From NCBI GenBank assembly GCA_963704705.1, contig OY969931.1:930001-962000 (forward strand): a stretch of DNA of 32,000 bases, written 5' to 3'. The position numbers were made by a program, and so were the translations under genes. Below, piece by piece: positions 7,947 to 18,590 of this stretch (position 1 is the stretch's first letter; every line of letters starts with the position of its first letter). The DNA is from an uncultured bacterium (GTDB taxonomy: Bacteria > Patescibacteriota > Gracilibacteria > UBA1369 > PNNO01). The notes beneath the pieces are model-generated. The model made no database searches, had not been told where the DNA came from, and saw only the letters and a list, made by a program, of their open reading frames with translations.

Positions 7947-8951
7947 ATGAAAAAACTTGTATCACTTTTAATTGTAGGTGCTCTTATTGTTGGGGGAATT
8001 TACACTTATAAAACTATTTTTGATCCAATTGATCCAACGAGCAGCGAATCATTTTCTGTTAGCATTGATAAAGGAATGCCAGCTAAACAAATTGCTGACT
8101 TATTAAAAAATAAAGGTTTAATAAGTAATAAAACAACTTTTTATTATTATGTTCGATTAACTGGTGCGGATAAAAGCATCATTGCCGGCCGTTATGATTT
8201 AAATAAGAGTATGAATGTGCCTGATATATTGGAGCAAATTACACAAATCGGTTCATCAGAGGCAACTTTAACTGTTCAGGAGGGGCTTACAGTAAGCGAT
8301 ATTGATAACAAACTTGTTTCGCTTGATGTTATAAATGACGGAGATTTTGAAAAGGCAGTAAAAAACTTTGATAATTATGAAAATTATTGGTTTTTAGATC
8401 GAGAAACACTAAAAAATCTGGAATATCCCCTTGAAGGATATTTGTACCCTGATACTTATTTTATTGATACAGTTGATTTTAATTCAGCGGATCTAATTCA
8501 GATTATGCTTGATAATTTCGAAAATAAATTTGCAACTGTTCGTAACGAATTCGATAATCAGGATCGCAGTGTTCAGGATATTATAACAATGGCTTCAATT
8601 TTACAGCGCGAAGTACGCACACCTGATGATTACGCGACTGTGTCAGGTATATTATGGAAGCGTTTAGATTCAAACTGGCACATAGGAGCGGACGCAACAG
8701 TCCTATATGCAACAAAAAAGAAAACAATCGATCCAGGGGATTTAGATTTTGATTCCCCATATAATACCCGTTTACATGTTGGAATGCCTCCTGGCCCTAT
8801 TTGCAACCCTGACATTGAACATATCAAGGCGTCTATCAATCCAAAAGATTCAGAATATTGGTATTATTTAACAACGCTCGATACAGGCGAAGTAATTTAC
8901 GCCAGAAATAATGACGAGCAGAATGCAAATAAAGCAAAACATCTTTATTAA
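7947..8951 (+). CDS. mltG: Endolytic murein transglycosylase MltG (YceG-like)
   Basis: N-terminal TM, SVSIDKGMPAKQIADLLKNKGLISNKTTFYYYVRLTG, LEGYLYPDTYFI, MASILQREV, SPYNTRLHVGMPPGPICNPDIEHIKASINPKDSEYWYYLTT. Confidence 0.94.
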   Translation: MKKLVSLLIVGALIVGGIYTYKTIFDPIDPTSSESFSVSIDKGMPAKQIADLLKNKGLISNKTTFYYYVRLTGADKSIIAGRYDLNKSMNVPDILEQITQIGSSEATLTVQEGLTVSDIDNKLVSLDVINDGDFEKAVKNFDNYENYWFLDRETLKNLEYPLEGYLYPDTYFIDTVDFNSADLIQIMLDNFENKFATVRNEFDNQDRSVQDIITMASILQREVRTPDDYATVSGILWKRLDSNWHIGADATVLYATKKKTIDPGDLDFDSPYNTRLHVGMPPGPICNPDIEHIKASINPKDSEYWYYLTTLDTGEVIYARNNDEQNANKAKHLY

Positions 8952-10492
8952 GTTGCAGCTGGTTCTTCGGTAGCGGGTTCGTCAACAACTGGTTCTTCTT
9001 CCGTGGTTTTATTATATATAATTGTGAACTGAGTTGATTTTGTTGATCCATCAGGTGCTACTGCTTCAACTTCATATGTATTTTCACCCGGATCTAAATT
9101 ACCAAGAGATTCTTTTGCGAAATAACTCCATGTTGTATCCCCTGCTTCAAAAGCCTGAAGAGTATATCCGTCTACAATAACTTTTTCAGCGCCTGCAACA
9201 GATCCGACAATTCTAACTTCGCTAGTATCAACTTCATTTGATGAACCTCCGTTATAAGTATCAACAGTCGGTGCAACCAAAGCACCGAGATCCAAATTTG
9301 TTGTATCTGCTTCTTCGTCCGTCTCAGTAGTATCATCTGGATTATTTGCTTCATCTGCATTTACGCTGTCCTCTCCACCAAAATCAACTGTTAATTTTGT
9401 CTTTTTACTATTTAATTCATTTGAATCAACTGCATAGAATTCGTAAGTATTAATTCCAGGATTTAAAGTGTCAGCATCAACTCCAACAGCAAAACTCCAT
9501 TCTGTTCCTCCGGGAACATATAAATTCAATTCATAAGTCTCTTCGGTTCCGCCGCTTACAACATCTACCATCATTTTTTGTGTATCAAATGAAGTTGTTC
9601 CTCTTATAGTCAAAGAATCTTCCGATGTTTCAAAATTCAATGTTGAAGGAGTTGTAATTTCAGGTGCAGGAAGATCACTCTCCGCAGTTGTAGTATCAGA
9701 TGTTTCGTTATCAAAAAAGGTATCATCTAAAGTATTTGATTTAGTTGAAAAGTCAGTTGGACTATTATCTTCGGCCATATTCCATTTATAAAAACCACTA
9801 TCCCGGAAATTATCATCTATTGCTTCAATTACAGAAGGACTTTTTCTATCTGTATAATCTTTAATGTCATCATCAGTAATTATAGCCTGCTGTCCAACAC
9901 CAATTTGAAGTGACTCTACCTGATTAAGCTCACCGTTTTCTTCAATCATTACATCAGCAACAATAGAACCTTTAACAACCCGTACTGCTTCAGAGGTGTC
10001 TTTTTGCTCAACTTCATAAATAGTTGAAATTGTTTTTACAACAGTATGATCAGTACGAACATTAAATTTAACAGGCGTTTCAGAATTTTCATCATTATTA
10101 ATCCAAATTGATCCTTGTCTTAAAACAAGATTAATTTCGTATGCATTACCGCTTTTTTTAATATCGTGAATATTCAATTCAGTGTTTTCATCAACTCTAA
10201 CATAATGATCATTAAATAACTCTACAACAAGTCTTGAACCTGCCTGAGTTTTAACGGAATCTCCCTGCAAAAGGCGCATACCATTATAGCCTCTTTCCCA
10301 TTCTCCTGCTCCCCAAGGAAGAATCTTCGTGCTTCCTTTGGCAACATACATATAAATATCTTTATCAGTATCAGTCTGGTTCATTGAAGAAAACAACTGA
10401 TATCCGAGTACAACAATTATTCCGGCACAAATCATAATCAAAAATGGAAGTATATAATCAACAGGTCTTTTACGTGGTCCTCTATGCATCAT
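8948..10492 (-). CDS. FecR-domain protein with two C-terminal Ig-like (glucodextranase B-like) repeats
   Basis: 514-aa ORF, N-terminal TM; FecR-type region LLQGDSVKTQAGSRLVVELFNDHYVRVDENTELNI...VNLVLRQGSIWI; two copies of a ...GINTYEF.AVDS / GENTYEVEAVAPDG module. Confidence 0.8.
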   Translation of the reverse strand: MMHRGPRKRPVDYILPFLIMICAGIIVVLGYQLFSSMNQTDTDKDIYMYVAKGSTKILPWGAGEWERGYNGMRLLQGDSVKTQAGSRLVVELFNDHYVRVDENTELNIHDIKKSGNAYEINLVLRQGSIWINNDENSETPVKFNVRTDHTVVKTISTIYEVEQKDTSEAVRVVKGSIVADVMIEENGELNQVESLQIGVGQQAIITDDDIKDYTDRKSPSVIEAIDDNFRDSGFYKWNMAEDNSPTDFSTKSNTLDDTFFDNETSDTTTAESDLPAPEITTPSTLNFETSEDSLTIRGTTSFDTQKMMVDVVSGGTEETYELNLYVPGGTEWSFAVGVDADTLNPGINTYEFYAVDSNELNSKKTKLTVDFGGEDSVNADEANNPDDTTETDEEADTTNLDLGALVAPTVDTYNGGSSNEVDTSEVRIVGSVAGAEKVIVDGYTLQAFEAGDTTWSYFAKESLGNLDPGENTYEVEAVAPDGSTKSTQFTIIYNKTTEEEPVVDEPATEEPAAT

Positions 10493-10587
10493 ATTTTATA
10501 AGTTAAATTTAAGACACGGATAGTATAAAAACCGCATCAATAAAAGTAAAGATTAATAATGAATTTATGATCAAATTTTTTATGCAA

Positions 10588-12009
10588 TTAAAGTCCAATA
10601 TCTTGTTTTATGGCTTGTATATCACGTAGAAGTCTGTGGTCTGTTTTTAGTCGTTTAGAAATTATGTTGTAAGCATGTAAAACTGTTGAATGATTCCGTC
10701 CTCCAAAAATTTCTCCAATTTTTTCATACGAATGATCAAGCTCTCTTTTAATCAGATACATGCAGATTTGTCGAGGAAGCATAATTTCTTTATTTCGTGC
10801 CTGTCCAATTATTTCATCTTTAGAAATATCAAAGTAAGTTGCAACTTTTGCAATTACTTCCTGAGTTGTAGTGGCTTTAGAAGCTAAATTCGCAGATATT
10901 TGTGTATGACGTGTAAGAATTTTGTGCTGTTTATCTAAAATTTCTGAAACAAGCTCAATTGACGGCTCAGTGTTATTTAAAGTTGAATGTGAAATAACTT
11001 GCATTAGTACTCCAATCAAATCTCTTACATTGCCTTCCATATGAAATGCAATGCATTCCAATACTTCAATATCAATAATAGACTGCAAATCCAAACATCT
11101 TTGTTTAAGTATAGCTAACCGTGTCTCGTAATCCGGAGAAAGTATTTCAACTACTGTTCCCATGCCGAATCTTCCTTTAAGTCTGTCTTTAAATCCGTTT
11201 AAATCTTTTGGAGGGCTGTCAGAAGATAAAATTAACTGTTTATTGTTATCGTATAAATCATTAAAAGTATGAAAGAATTCCATCTGACTCATATCTTTAT
11301 TTTCCAAAAACTGAATATCATCGAGAATAAAACAATCCACAGTTCTATATTTGTCTTTAAACTGTTTTGTTCTTCTTTTGCTGATAGCATCAATTATTTC
11401 ATTGGTAAATTGTTCCGCAGTCATATAAATAACTCTTGCATCAGGATTATCTTTTAAAATCTCTCTGCCGGTTGCCTGAAGAAGATGAGTTTTACCAAGC
11501 CCAACTCCTGAGAATACATATAAAGGGTTATAAATACCTCCGGGCATATTAGAAACAGCAAGGCAAGCTGCATGCGCAAGCCTGTTATCTTTTCCAACAA
11601 TAAAATTATCCAAAGTATGCTGAATACTTAGTCGTCTGCTTTTTAAACCGCTTTTACCAACATAAACTTCATTTTTATTTCTTACTTTTCTAACTGTTTT
11701 TTCATCTTTCTCTTCAAGAATGGATTTAATATTTACTTTAATTACTGAATCATCGTTAACAAGAGATGAATCTACTTTATAGTCAACTTTTGTAATATTA
11801 GGATTCTCCTCGTTTGCAGCCTGTTTAATTTTTAAATTGTATTTGTCATGAATCCACTGTTTTGCAAACGGAGTAGGTACTCCAACCACTATTGTGTCTT
11901 CAGTACAATCTAAAACTCCTGTATCAGCAAACCATGTTTTAAACTGAGGTAATTTAATGGTCGGCTTTAACCTGACCAAAATATTTCTCCATAGGTCTTT
12001 ATTAGACAT
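10588..12009 (-). CDS. dnaA: Chromosomal replication initiator protein DnaA
   Basis: Domain I-like N-terminus, HTLDNFIVGKDNRLAHAA, Walker A GVGLGKTHLLQA, Walker B DCFILDDIQFL, LKGRFGMGTVVEILSPDYETRLAIL, domain IV PRQICMYLIKRELDHSYEKIGEIFGGRNHSTVLHA. SD-like aaggaga upstream of the start. Confidence 0.97.
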   Translation of the reverse strand: MSNKDLWRNILVRLKPTIKLPQFKTWFADTGVLDCTEDTIVVGVPTPFAKQWIHDKYNLKIKQAANEENPNITKVDYKVDSSLVNDDSVIKVNIKSILEEKDEKTVRKVRNKNEVYVGKSGLKSRRLSIQHTLDNFIVGKDNRLAHAACLAVSNMPGGIYNPLYVFSGVGLGKTHLLQATGREILKDNPDARVIYMTAEQFTNEIIDAISKRRTKQFKDKYRTVDCFILDDIQFLENKDMSQMEFFHTFNDLYDNNKQLILSSDSPPKDLNGFKDRLKGRFGMGTVVEILSPDYETRLAILKQRCLDLQSIIDIEVLECIAFHMEGNVRDLIGVLMQVISHSTLNNTEPSIELVSEILDKQHKILTRHTQISANLASKATTTQEVIAKVATYFDISKDEIIGQARNKEIMLPRQICMYLIKRELDHSYEKIGEIFGGRNHSTVLHAYNIISKRLKTDHRLLRDIQAIKQDIGL

Positions 12010-12109
12010 TTTTGACTCTCCTTAAAATTTAGGCACCCCAAAACTTCATTGGGACCTCATATTAGCATTGAGAAACATTAATACAAGCTAAACTAGATCA
12101 ACTTTTTTG

Positions 12110-12125
12110 ATCCAACATGTTGGAT
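12110..12125. promoter_or_regulatory. 16-bp perfect palindrome ATCCAACATGTTGGAT in the dnaA upstream region
   Basis: Read directly; flanked by several gatcaac/ttgatc/atcaac motifs in the 250-bp dnaA-rseP intergenic region. Confidence 0.6.
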
Positions 12126-12259
12126 TGATCATCAACTGTTCAATACCACATATAGTTGGACATTCAATTCCATAAAACAATATATATGAAAAAGCAATAT
12201 AGTTTATGCATCAATATCATTTTGCATGCAACTTATTTTATTAAATTTTAATGAAAATT

Positions 12260-13888
12260 TTATGAAAAAATATTCAGTATATCACTCCAAGTTACAAGTA
12301 AAACCAACCCGATTAAAATAAAGAAACCAAGAGCATGAATTAATGTTTCCCACTTTGCAGGAACTCTTTTGCCTCTTATTCCTTCAATCAATAAAAACAA
12401 TAACCTGCCTCCATCAAGTGCAGGAAAAGGAATTATATTTATTACACCCAAACTTAAAGATAATAATGCTGTGAATCTCAATAAAGCCAATAGGCCCTGC
12501 TGCACAAACAAATGTGTCATTGTTGCAATACCAACCGGTCCTGCGACTCCTTCCGGAACAACAAACTTACTTGTAAGTGATTTTACTAAATCTCCAACCA
12601 TTCCAACTGTTAAAACTGCAAGTCTGCCTGTTTCATGAAACGACTGAAAAAAAGCTTTATAAACAGGCAACTTGATATCATTTACCTTTTTAATTGAAGT
12701 TGGAACCTGTTTACCAAACAAACTCAATTGATTGTTTTTATATGAAGCCATGGTGCTTATTCCAAAACCAACCCTTCCGTCTTCACCCGGAACAGCTTTA
12801 AGTTCAAGATTCTCATCACCTCTTTTAATACTGTAAGTTATTTCTTTACCGATATTTGCACTTGAAATATCAACAGCCTGCTGTGGTGTTAAAATTTTCT
12901 CACCATTAATAGATAAAATTATATCTTCACTTTTAAGGCCTGCTTCAAGTGCGGGACTGTCAGGTAATATGCTGCTAACCACAATTTTTGCATCCTGTTT
13001 GAATTCTATTGTTTTATTTACAGTTTGATTATCTCTTAAAATTTCAAAATCAATTTTATTTTCATTGTTAACAATTGTCTGATAATCATTTATTGAATAA
13101 ATCTGATTATTATTCATTTTAATAATTACATCACCCTGCATTAAACCAGCAGCTGAAACTTCACTTCCCGGCTTTATTTCACCAATAACAAGACGCGGGA
13201 TATTGATTGTTGCATATAATTCAACGCCATAACTTTTTAAATCGCGAGATGAATCTATTCTGATTTCTTTAGTCTCACCATTCCTATTAATTTCAAGAAA
13301 AATATTTTCTTCAGTTGGCTTTTCTTGAAGAATTTTCAATTGAGAAAACGGATCAAAAATATCTTCACCGTTAATACTAACTAAAATATCATCGGCCCTT
13401 AAACCCGCTTCATATGCCACACTGCCCTCTTCAACAGATTTAACAATAGGTCCGTTCGCTATTTCGATTGTACCGTCATCAATTGCGCCAAATACATCAT
13501 CAGCATTTACTAAAAGCGGTTCAATTCCAATTGAAAAACCAATAGTTAATAAAAGAATTGCTAAAATAAAATTCATAAGCACACCCGCAACTGCAACAAG
13601 CATTCTTTTACGAAGTGGCTTACTTGCAAAGCTTTTTGAGTCCTTTAATACCTTAGGATCATTTGAATCTTCTCCGTACAGCCTCACAAATCCACCAAAG
13701 GGAATCCAGTTAACTGACCAAATAACCCCATTTTTCTTTTTACCCCAAATACGCGGAGGCAAACCTATGCCAAATTCTTCTACTTTTATTCCGGATCTTC
13801 GCGCTGCCCAAAAATGACCATATTCATGAATAAGTATAACAATAGAAAAAATTATGATGAACGCGATTGCCGATAAAATAAAATCCAT
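12260..13888 (-). CDS. rseP: RIP metalloprotease RseP (site-2 protease), two PDZ-like domains
   Basis: HEYGHFWAARRSGIKVEEFGIGLPPRIWG zinc motif, PDZ regions (SVAYEAGLRADDILVSINGE; SPALEAGLKSEDIILSINGE), and INIIPFPALDGGRLLFLLIEGIRGK. Confidence 0.94.
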   Translation of the reverse strand: MDFILSAIAFIIIFSIVILIHEYGHFWAARRSGIKVEEFGIGLPPRIWGKKKNGVIWSVNWIPFGGFVRLYGEDSNDPKVLKDSKSFASKPLRKRMLVAVAGVLMNFILAILLLTIGFSIGIEPLLVNADDVFGAIDDGTIEIANGPIVKSVEEGSVAYEAGLRADDILVSINGEDIFDPFSQLKILQEKPTEENIFLEINRNGETKEIRIDSSRDLKSYGVELYATINIPRLVIGEIKPGSEVSAAGLMQGDVIIKMNNNQIYSINDYQTIVNNENKIDFEILRDNQTVNKTIEFKQDAKIVVSSILPDSPALEAGLKSEDIILSINGEKILTPQQAVDISSANIGKEITYSIKRGDENLELKAVPGEDGRVGFGISTMASYKNNQLSLFGKQVPTSIKKVNDIKLPVYKAFFQSFHETGRLAVLTVGMVGDLVKSLTSKFVVPEGVAGPVGIATMTHLFVQQGLLALLRFTALLSLSLGVINIIPFPALDGGRLLFLLIEGIRGKRVPAKWETLIHALGFFILIGLVLLVTWSDILNIFS

Positions 13889-13900
13889 GAATATAGGTGA

Positions 13901-14461
13901 TTAAACTGTCATAATGTCCTGTTCTTTTTGTTTAGCTAATTCTTCAATCTGCTTATTCGCTTTATCAACTTCATCCTGTAATAGCTTATTTGCAATATGC
14001 ATGTCATCTTCACTGATTGTTTTATCTGTTTCTAATTTTTTAAATGCTTCATGAGCTACCTGACGAGCGTTTCTAACTGAAATCCTGCAATCTTCAGCTA
14101 ATTTATGAACATGTTTTGTTAATTCAGCTCTTCTTTCTTCAGTTAAAGGCGGTATATTAATCCTGATAAAATTGCCGTCATTCACAGGATTTAAATTAAG
14201 ACCAGCATTTTGAATTCCAACATCAATCTGATTAAGCACACCCTTATCCCATGGCTGAATCTGAATTGTTCTCGGATCAGGAATAGAAATATTCGCTAAT
14301 GCTTTTAAAGGCTGAGTTGTTCCGTAAGCTTCAACTTTTACATCCTCAATTAATGCGCTTGATGCACGCCCTAATTGAAGTTTAGAGAAATCATTTTTTA
14401 AATGTTCGATAGATTTTGTGAATTCTTCTTTAGCAGCGTTTAAATATGGTGTAGTTGGCAT
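13901..14461 (-). CDS. frr: Ribosome recycling factor
   Basis: LQLGRASSALIEDVKVEAYGTTQPLKALANISIPDPRTIQIQPWDKG... IRINIPPLTEERRAELTKHVHKLAEDCRISVRNARQ. Confidence 0.97.
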   Translation of the reverse strand: MPTTPYLNAAKEEFTKSIEHLKNDFSKLQLGRASSALIEDVKVEAYGTTQPLKALANISIPDPRTIQIQPWDKGVLNQIDVGIQNAGLNLNPVNDGNFIRINIPPLTEERRAELTKHVHKLAEDCRISVRNARQVAHEAFKKLETDKTISEDDMHIANKLLQDEVDKANKQIEELAKQKEQDIMTV

Positions 14462-14472
14462 AAATATTAAGT

Positions 14473-15186
14473 TTAAGAAATAATTGTACCTAGCTTTTCT
14501 CCCATTACAGCTCTTTTTATATTACCTTTTTTATTAAGATTAAATAATAGGATTGGCATTCCGCCGTCTTTACATAAAGCAACCGATGCAAGATCCATAA
14601 ATTGAAGATCCATAGACATCACTTTACTATATGAAATTGCATCAAACTTTTTCGCTTTTTTATCTTTCATTGGATCTGAAGTATAAACTCCATCAACTTT
14701 TGTTGCTTTTAATAAAACATCACAATTGAGCTCAAGCGCACGCAGAGCAGCCGCAGAATCAGTTGTAAAGTAAGGATTTCCGGTTCCGCCTACACAAATA
14801 ACAATTCTATTTTTATCCAAATGGTGCCTTGCTTTTGGAGGGACATAATTTTCAGCTACCTGCTCAGCTCTTAATGCAGAACAAACCCTGCATTCAATAC
14901 CAATTTTCTCAAATGCGCTTTTTAATGCGCTTCCATTCATAACAGTAGCCATCATGCCCATGTTATCACTCATTATTCTTTCAATTCCTGTGTCTTTAAA
15001 ATCTCTATATCTCCAAATATTTCCTCCTCCAACTACTATTCCTATTTGAACACCCAATTTTTTTACTTCTGCTATTTCTTTAACAAGATCATTAACACGT
15101 TTTGCATCTATGCCAGAACCACGACTCCCCTGCAGTACTTCTCCAGACATCTTTAAGAGGATTCGTTTGTACTTTACTTTGGCCAT
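14473..15186 (-). CDS. pyrH: UMP kinase
   Basis: YKRILLKMSGEVLQG, IGIVVGGGNIWR, MGMMATVMNGSALKSAFE, GTGNPYFTTDSAAALRALELNCDVLLKATKVDGVYTSDP. Confidence 0.96.
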   Translation of the reverse strand: MAKVKYKRILLKMSGEVLQGSRGSGIDAKRVNDLVKEIAEVKKLGVQIGIVVGGGNIWRYRDFKDTGIERIMSDNMGMMATVMNGSALKSAFEKIGIECRVCSALRAEQVAENYVPPKARHHLDKNRIVICVGGTGNPYFTTDSAAALRALELNCDVLLKATKVDGVYTSDPMKDKKAKKFDAISYSKVMSMDLQFMDLASVALCKDGGMPILLFNLNKKGNIKRAVMGEKLGTIIS

Positions 15187-15190
15187 TTAT

Positions 15191-15592
15191 TTAAAAAGTT
15201 AACAAAATATACGTAATTACAATACCAAGTACTACTCCGATAATAAAAATAGCAGGAATTCTTCGTTCTTCTTCCTGTTCATGTGCATTAGCCAAATCCG
15301 CAAGCAGATTGCTGCTAACAATGACGTCCTCATTTTTATTCTTTTCGATTACCTCTTCGTAATTATGATTCGCTACCAAATTTACAAAATTATCAAAACT
15401 AACCTTAACTTTCTCTACCGCTATTGGCTCGCTGTAAACCGGTCTTGCACTTTCAATCACATCCATTTCTTCTTCATCATCCTCAATATGTTGCACTTTA
15501 AATTCAGTATCTTCTTCTTTTAAAGATATTGATTTGTTACCTGTTAATTTAGAAGGGCCATCGATTGATTTTTCTTTTTTTGATCTTGGCAT
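15191..15592 (-). CDS. Small charged protein with C-terminal TM anchor; unknown function
   Basis: 133-aa ORF tightly upstream of pyrH, C-terminal IPAIFIIGVVLGIVITYILLTF. Confidence 0.6.
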   Translation of the reverse strand: MPRSKKEKSIDGPSKLTGNKSISLKEEDTEFKVQHIEDDEEEMDVIESARPVYSEPIAVEKVKVSFDNFVNLVANHNYEEVIEKNKNEDVIVSSNLLADLANAHEQEEERRIPAIFIIGVVLGIVITYILLTF

Positions 15593-15650
15593 ATTTAGTA
15601 TGCGTTAATTTCCAAACAATTATAACATCTACTGCATAAACTGTTCAACA

Positions 15651-15684
15651 AAAAAAGAGCCTTCCTTATTCAGAAGACTCTTTT
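15651..15684 (-). terminator. Rho-independent terminator downstream of groEL
   Basis: - strand aaaagag-t-cttc-...-gaag-g-ctcttttttt: 7-bp stem (15653-15659/15678-15684), mismatch, 4-bp stem (15661-15664/15673-15676), 7 T tail. Confidence 0.75.
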
Positions 15685-15732
15685 AGAATTTATACTTGAG
15701 AATTTATTGTGAGCGAACGAACAAATTCGATT

Positions 15733-17373
<1,641 letters not shown>

Positions 17374-17390
17374 TTAAGGTTAGTAAATTA

Positions 17391-17681
17391 TTATTTAAGG
17401 ATTGCAAGTACATCAGATTCATTTAAAACAAGTAGCTCTTTCCCGTCTACTTTGATTTCTGAAGGTGCGTATTTGGTAAAAAGAACAATATCACCCTCTT
17501 TAACTTCCATTTGCATTCTTTTTCCATCGTCTCCCATTCTTCCAAGACCCACTGCGATCACTTTACCTTTTTGAGGTTTTTCTTTGCTAGCTGTATCAGG
17601 AATAATAATTCCTGAAGCAGTTGTCTCTTCTTCTACTGCTTCAACAACTAACCTGTCTGCTGTTGGTTGAATACTCGCCAT
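17391..17681 (-). CDS. groES: Co-chaperonin GroES (10 kDa)
   Basis: IQPTADRLVVEAVEEETTASGIIIPDTASKEKPQKGKVIAVGLGRM...GDIVLFTKYAPSEIKVDGKELLVLNESDVLAILK. Confidence 0.98.
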   Translation of the reverse strand: MASIQPTADRLVVEAVEEETTASGIIIPDTASKEKPQKGKVIAVGLGRMGDDGKRMQMEVKEGDIVLFTKYAPSEIKVDGKELLVLNESDVLAILK

Positions 17682-17706
17682 TTTTAAAAGGTTAATTATA
17701 ATAAAT

Positions 17707-17733
17707 TTAGCACTCGATATTATAAAGTGCTAA
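17707..17733 (-). promoter_or_regulatory. CIRCE element (HrcA operator) upstream of groES-groEL
   Basis: TTAGCACTC-N9-AAGTGCTAA; one mismatch from consensus TTAGCACTC-N9-GAGTGCTAA. Confidence 0.92.
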
Positions 17734-17753
17734 ACATAAAAATCAAGAGCAAA

Positions 17754-18524
17754 TTATATTAATCGTTCAATCGCTTTTTGAGCCCTTATACTCAAACCAT
17801 CTTTTTTCTGAGCTTGAAGAAGTATATTTTCAATAGTCCAATTCCAAACCTTAATATAAGCAACTCTTTGCTCTCCGTCTTTAGGAACTGTGTATCTCGC
17901 AAGTAAAGTATATAAATTAACATCCAATCCCAATTGCTCACCTAATGCTCCAATGCCTCTTAATTCCGAACCTCTCACAACAGCAATAACAACTTCTTTT
18001 AAAACTCTGGGAGATATATCTGATTTTATTTTTCTTACAAATGGATAAACATCAAATTCTTCCTGATTTAATGCTTTAAATTGAACATCTTCAACAGGAG
18101 GCTTAGCGGCATTCTCTATTTTTGCTCTTAAATCAACAATACACCTCATCACTCCTCCCAATAAAAATGGTGATTCATTCATTCTATCTTCAATTGAAAA
18201 ACTTTGTGACATACCTTTAACTTTTTGTTTAAATTCATCAGTCAATTGAGTAATCTCCATTAAGTATTTAGGATCAATAACTTTAAAATCAGGCATTTCA
18301 AAATTTAATGCTTTATTTACACCTCTGGTTAATGGTTTTTTTAATAAGGCTTCTATCCTGTTAAAATCTTTTCTAATTTGATCTATTACTAAACCAAAAA
18401 TTTCTTCCTTTGATTCTGTTTCTGCATCCTGAATTAATCTTAATGCCTGTTCTCTGTATCTTTCGCATAATTCAAATATGCCATTATTGACCCATTCAAA
18501 ACTTTCATGTCTTTTTTCACCCAT
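17754..18524 (-). CDS. Hypothetical protein, largely alpha-helical
   Basis: 256-aa ORF, no recognised motif. Confidence 0.6.
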   Translation of the reverse strand: MGEKRHESFEWVNNGIFELCERYREQALRLIQDAETESKEEIFGLVIDQIRKDFNRIEALLKKPLTRGVNKALNFEMPDFKVIDPKYLMEITQLTDEFKQKVKGMSQSFSIEDRMNESPFLLGGVMRCIVDLRAKIENAAKPPVEDVQFKALNQEEFDVYPFVRKIKSDISPRVLKEVVIAVVRGSELRGIGALGEQLGLDVNLYTLLARYTVPKDGEQRVAYIKVWNWTIENILLQAQKKDGLSIRAQKAIERLI

Positions 18525-18590
18525 AATTATTTATTTAAAAATAGGGAGGCATTGTAGCCTCCCTATTCTAATAAAGTCAAGTCCTAAAGC

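Noticed and set aside
8567-8593. MltG motif ASILQRE as a dead active site (ASIVEKE in many homologues)
   Set aside because: The second Glu, which I take to be the conserved catalytic one, is retained; Gln at the other position appears to be a common natural variant.
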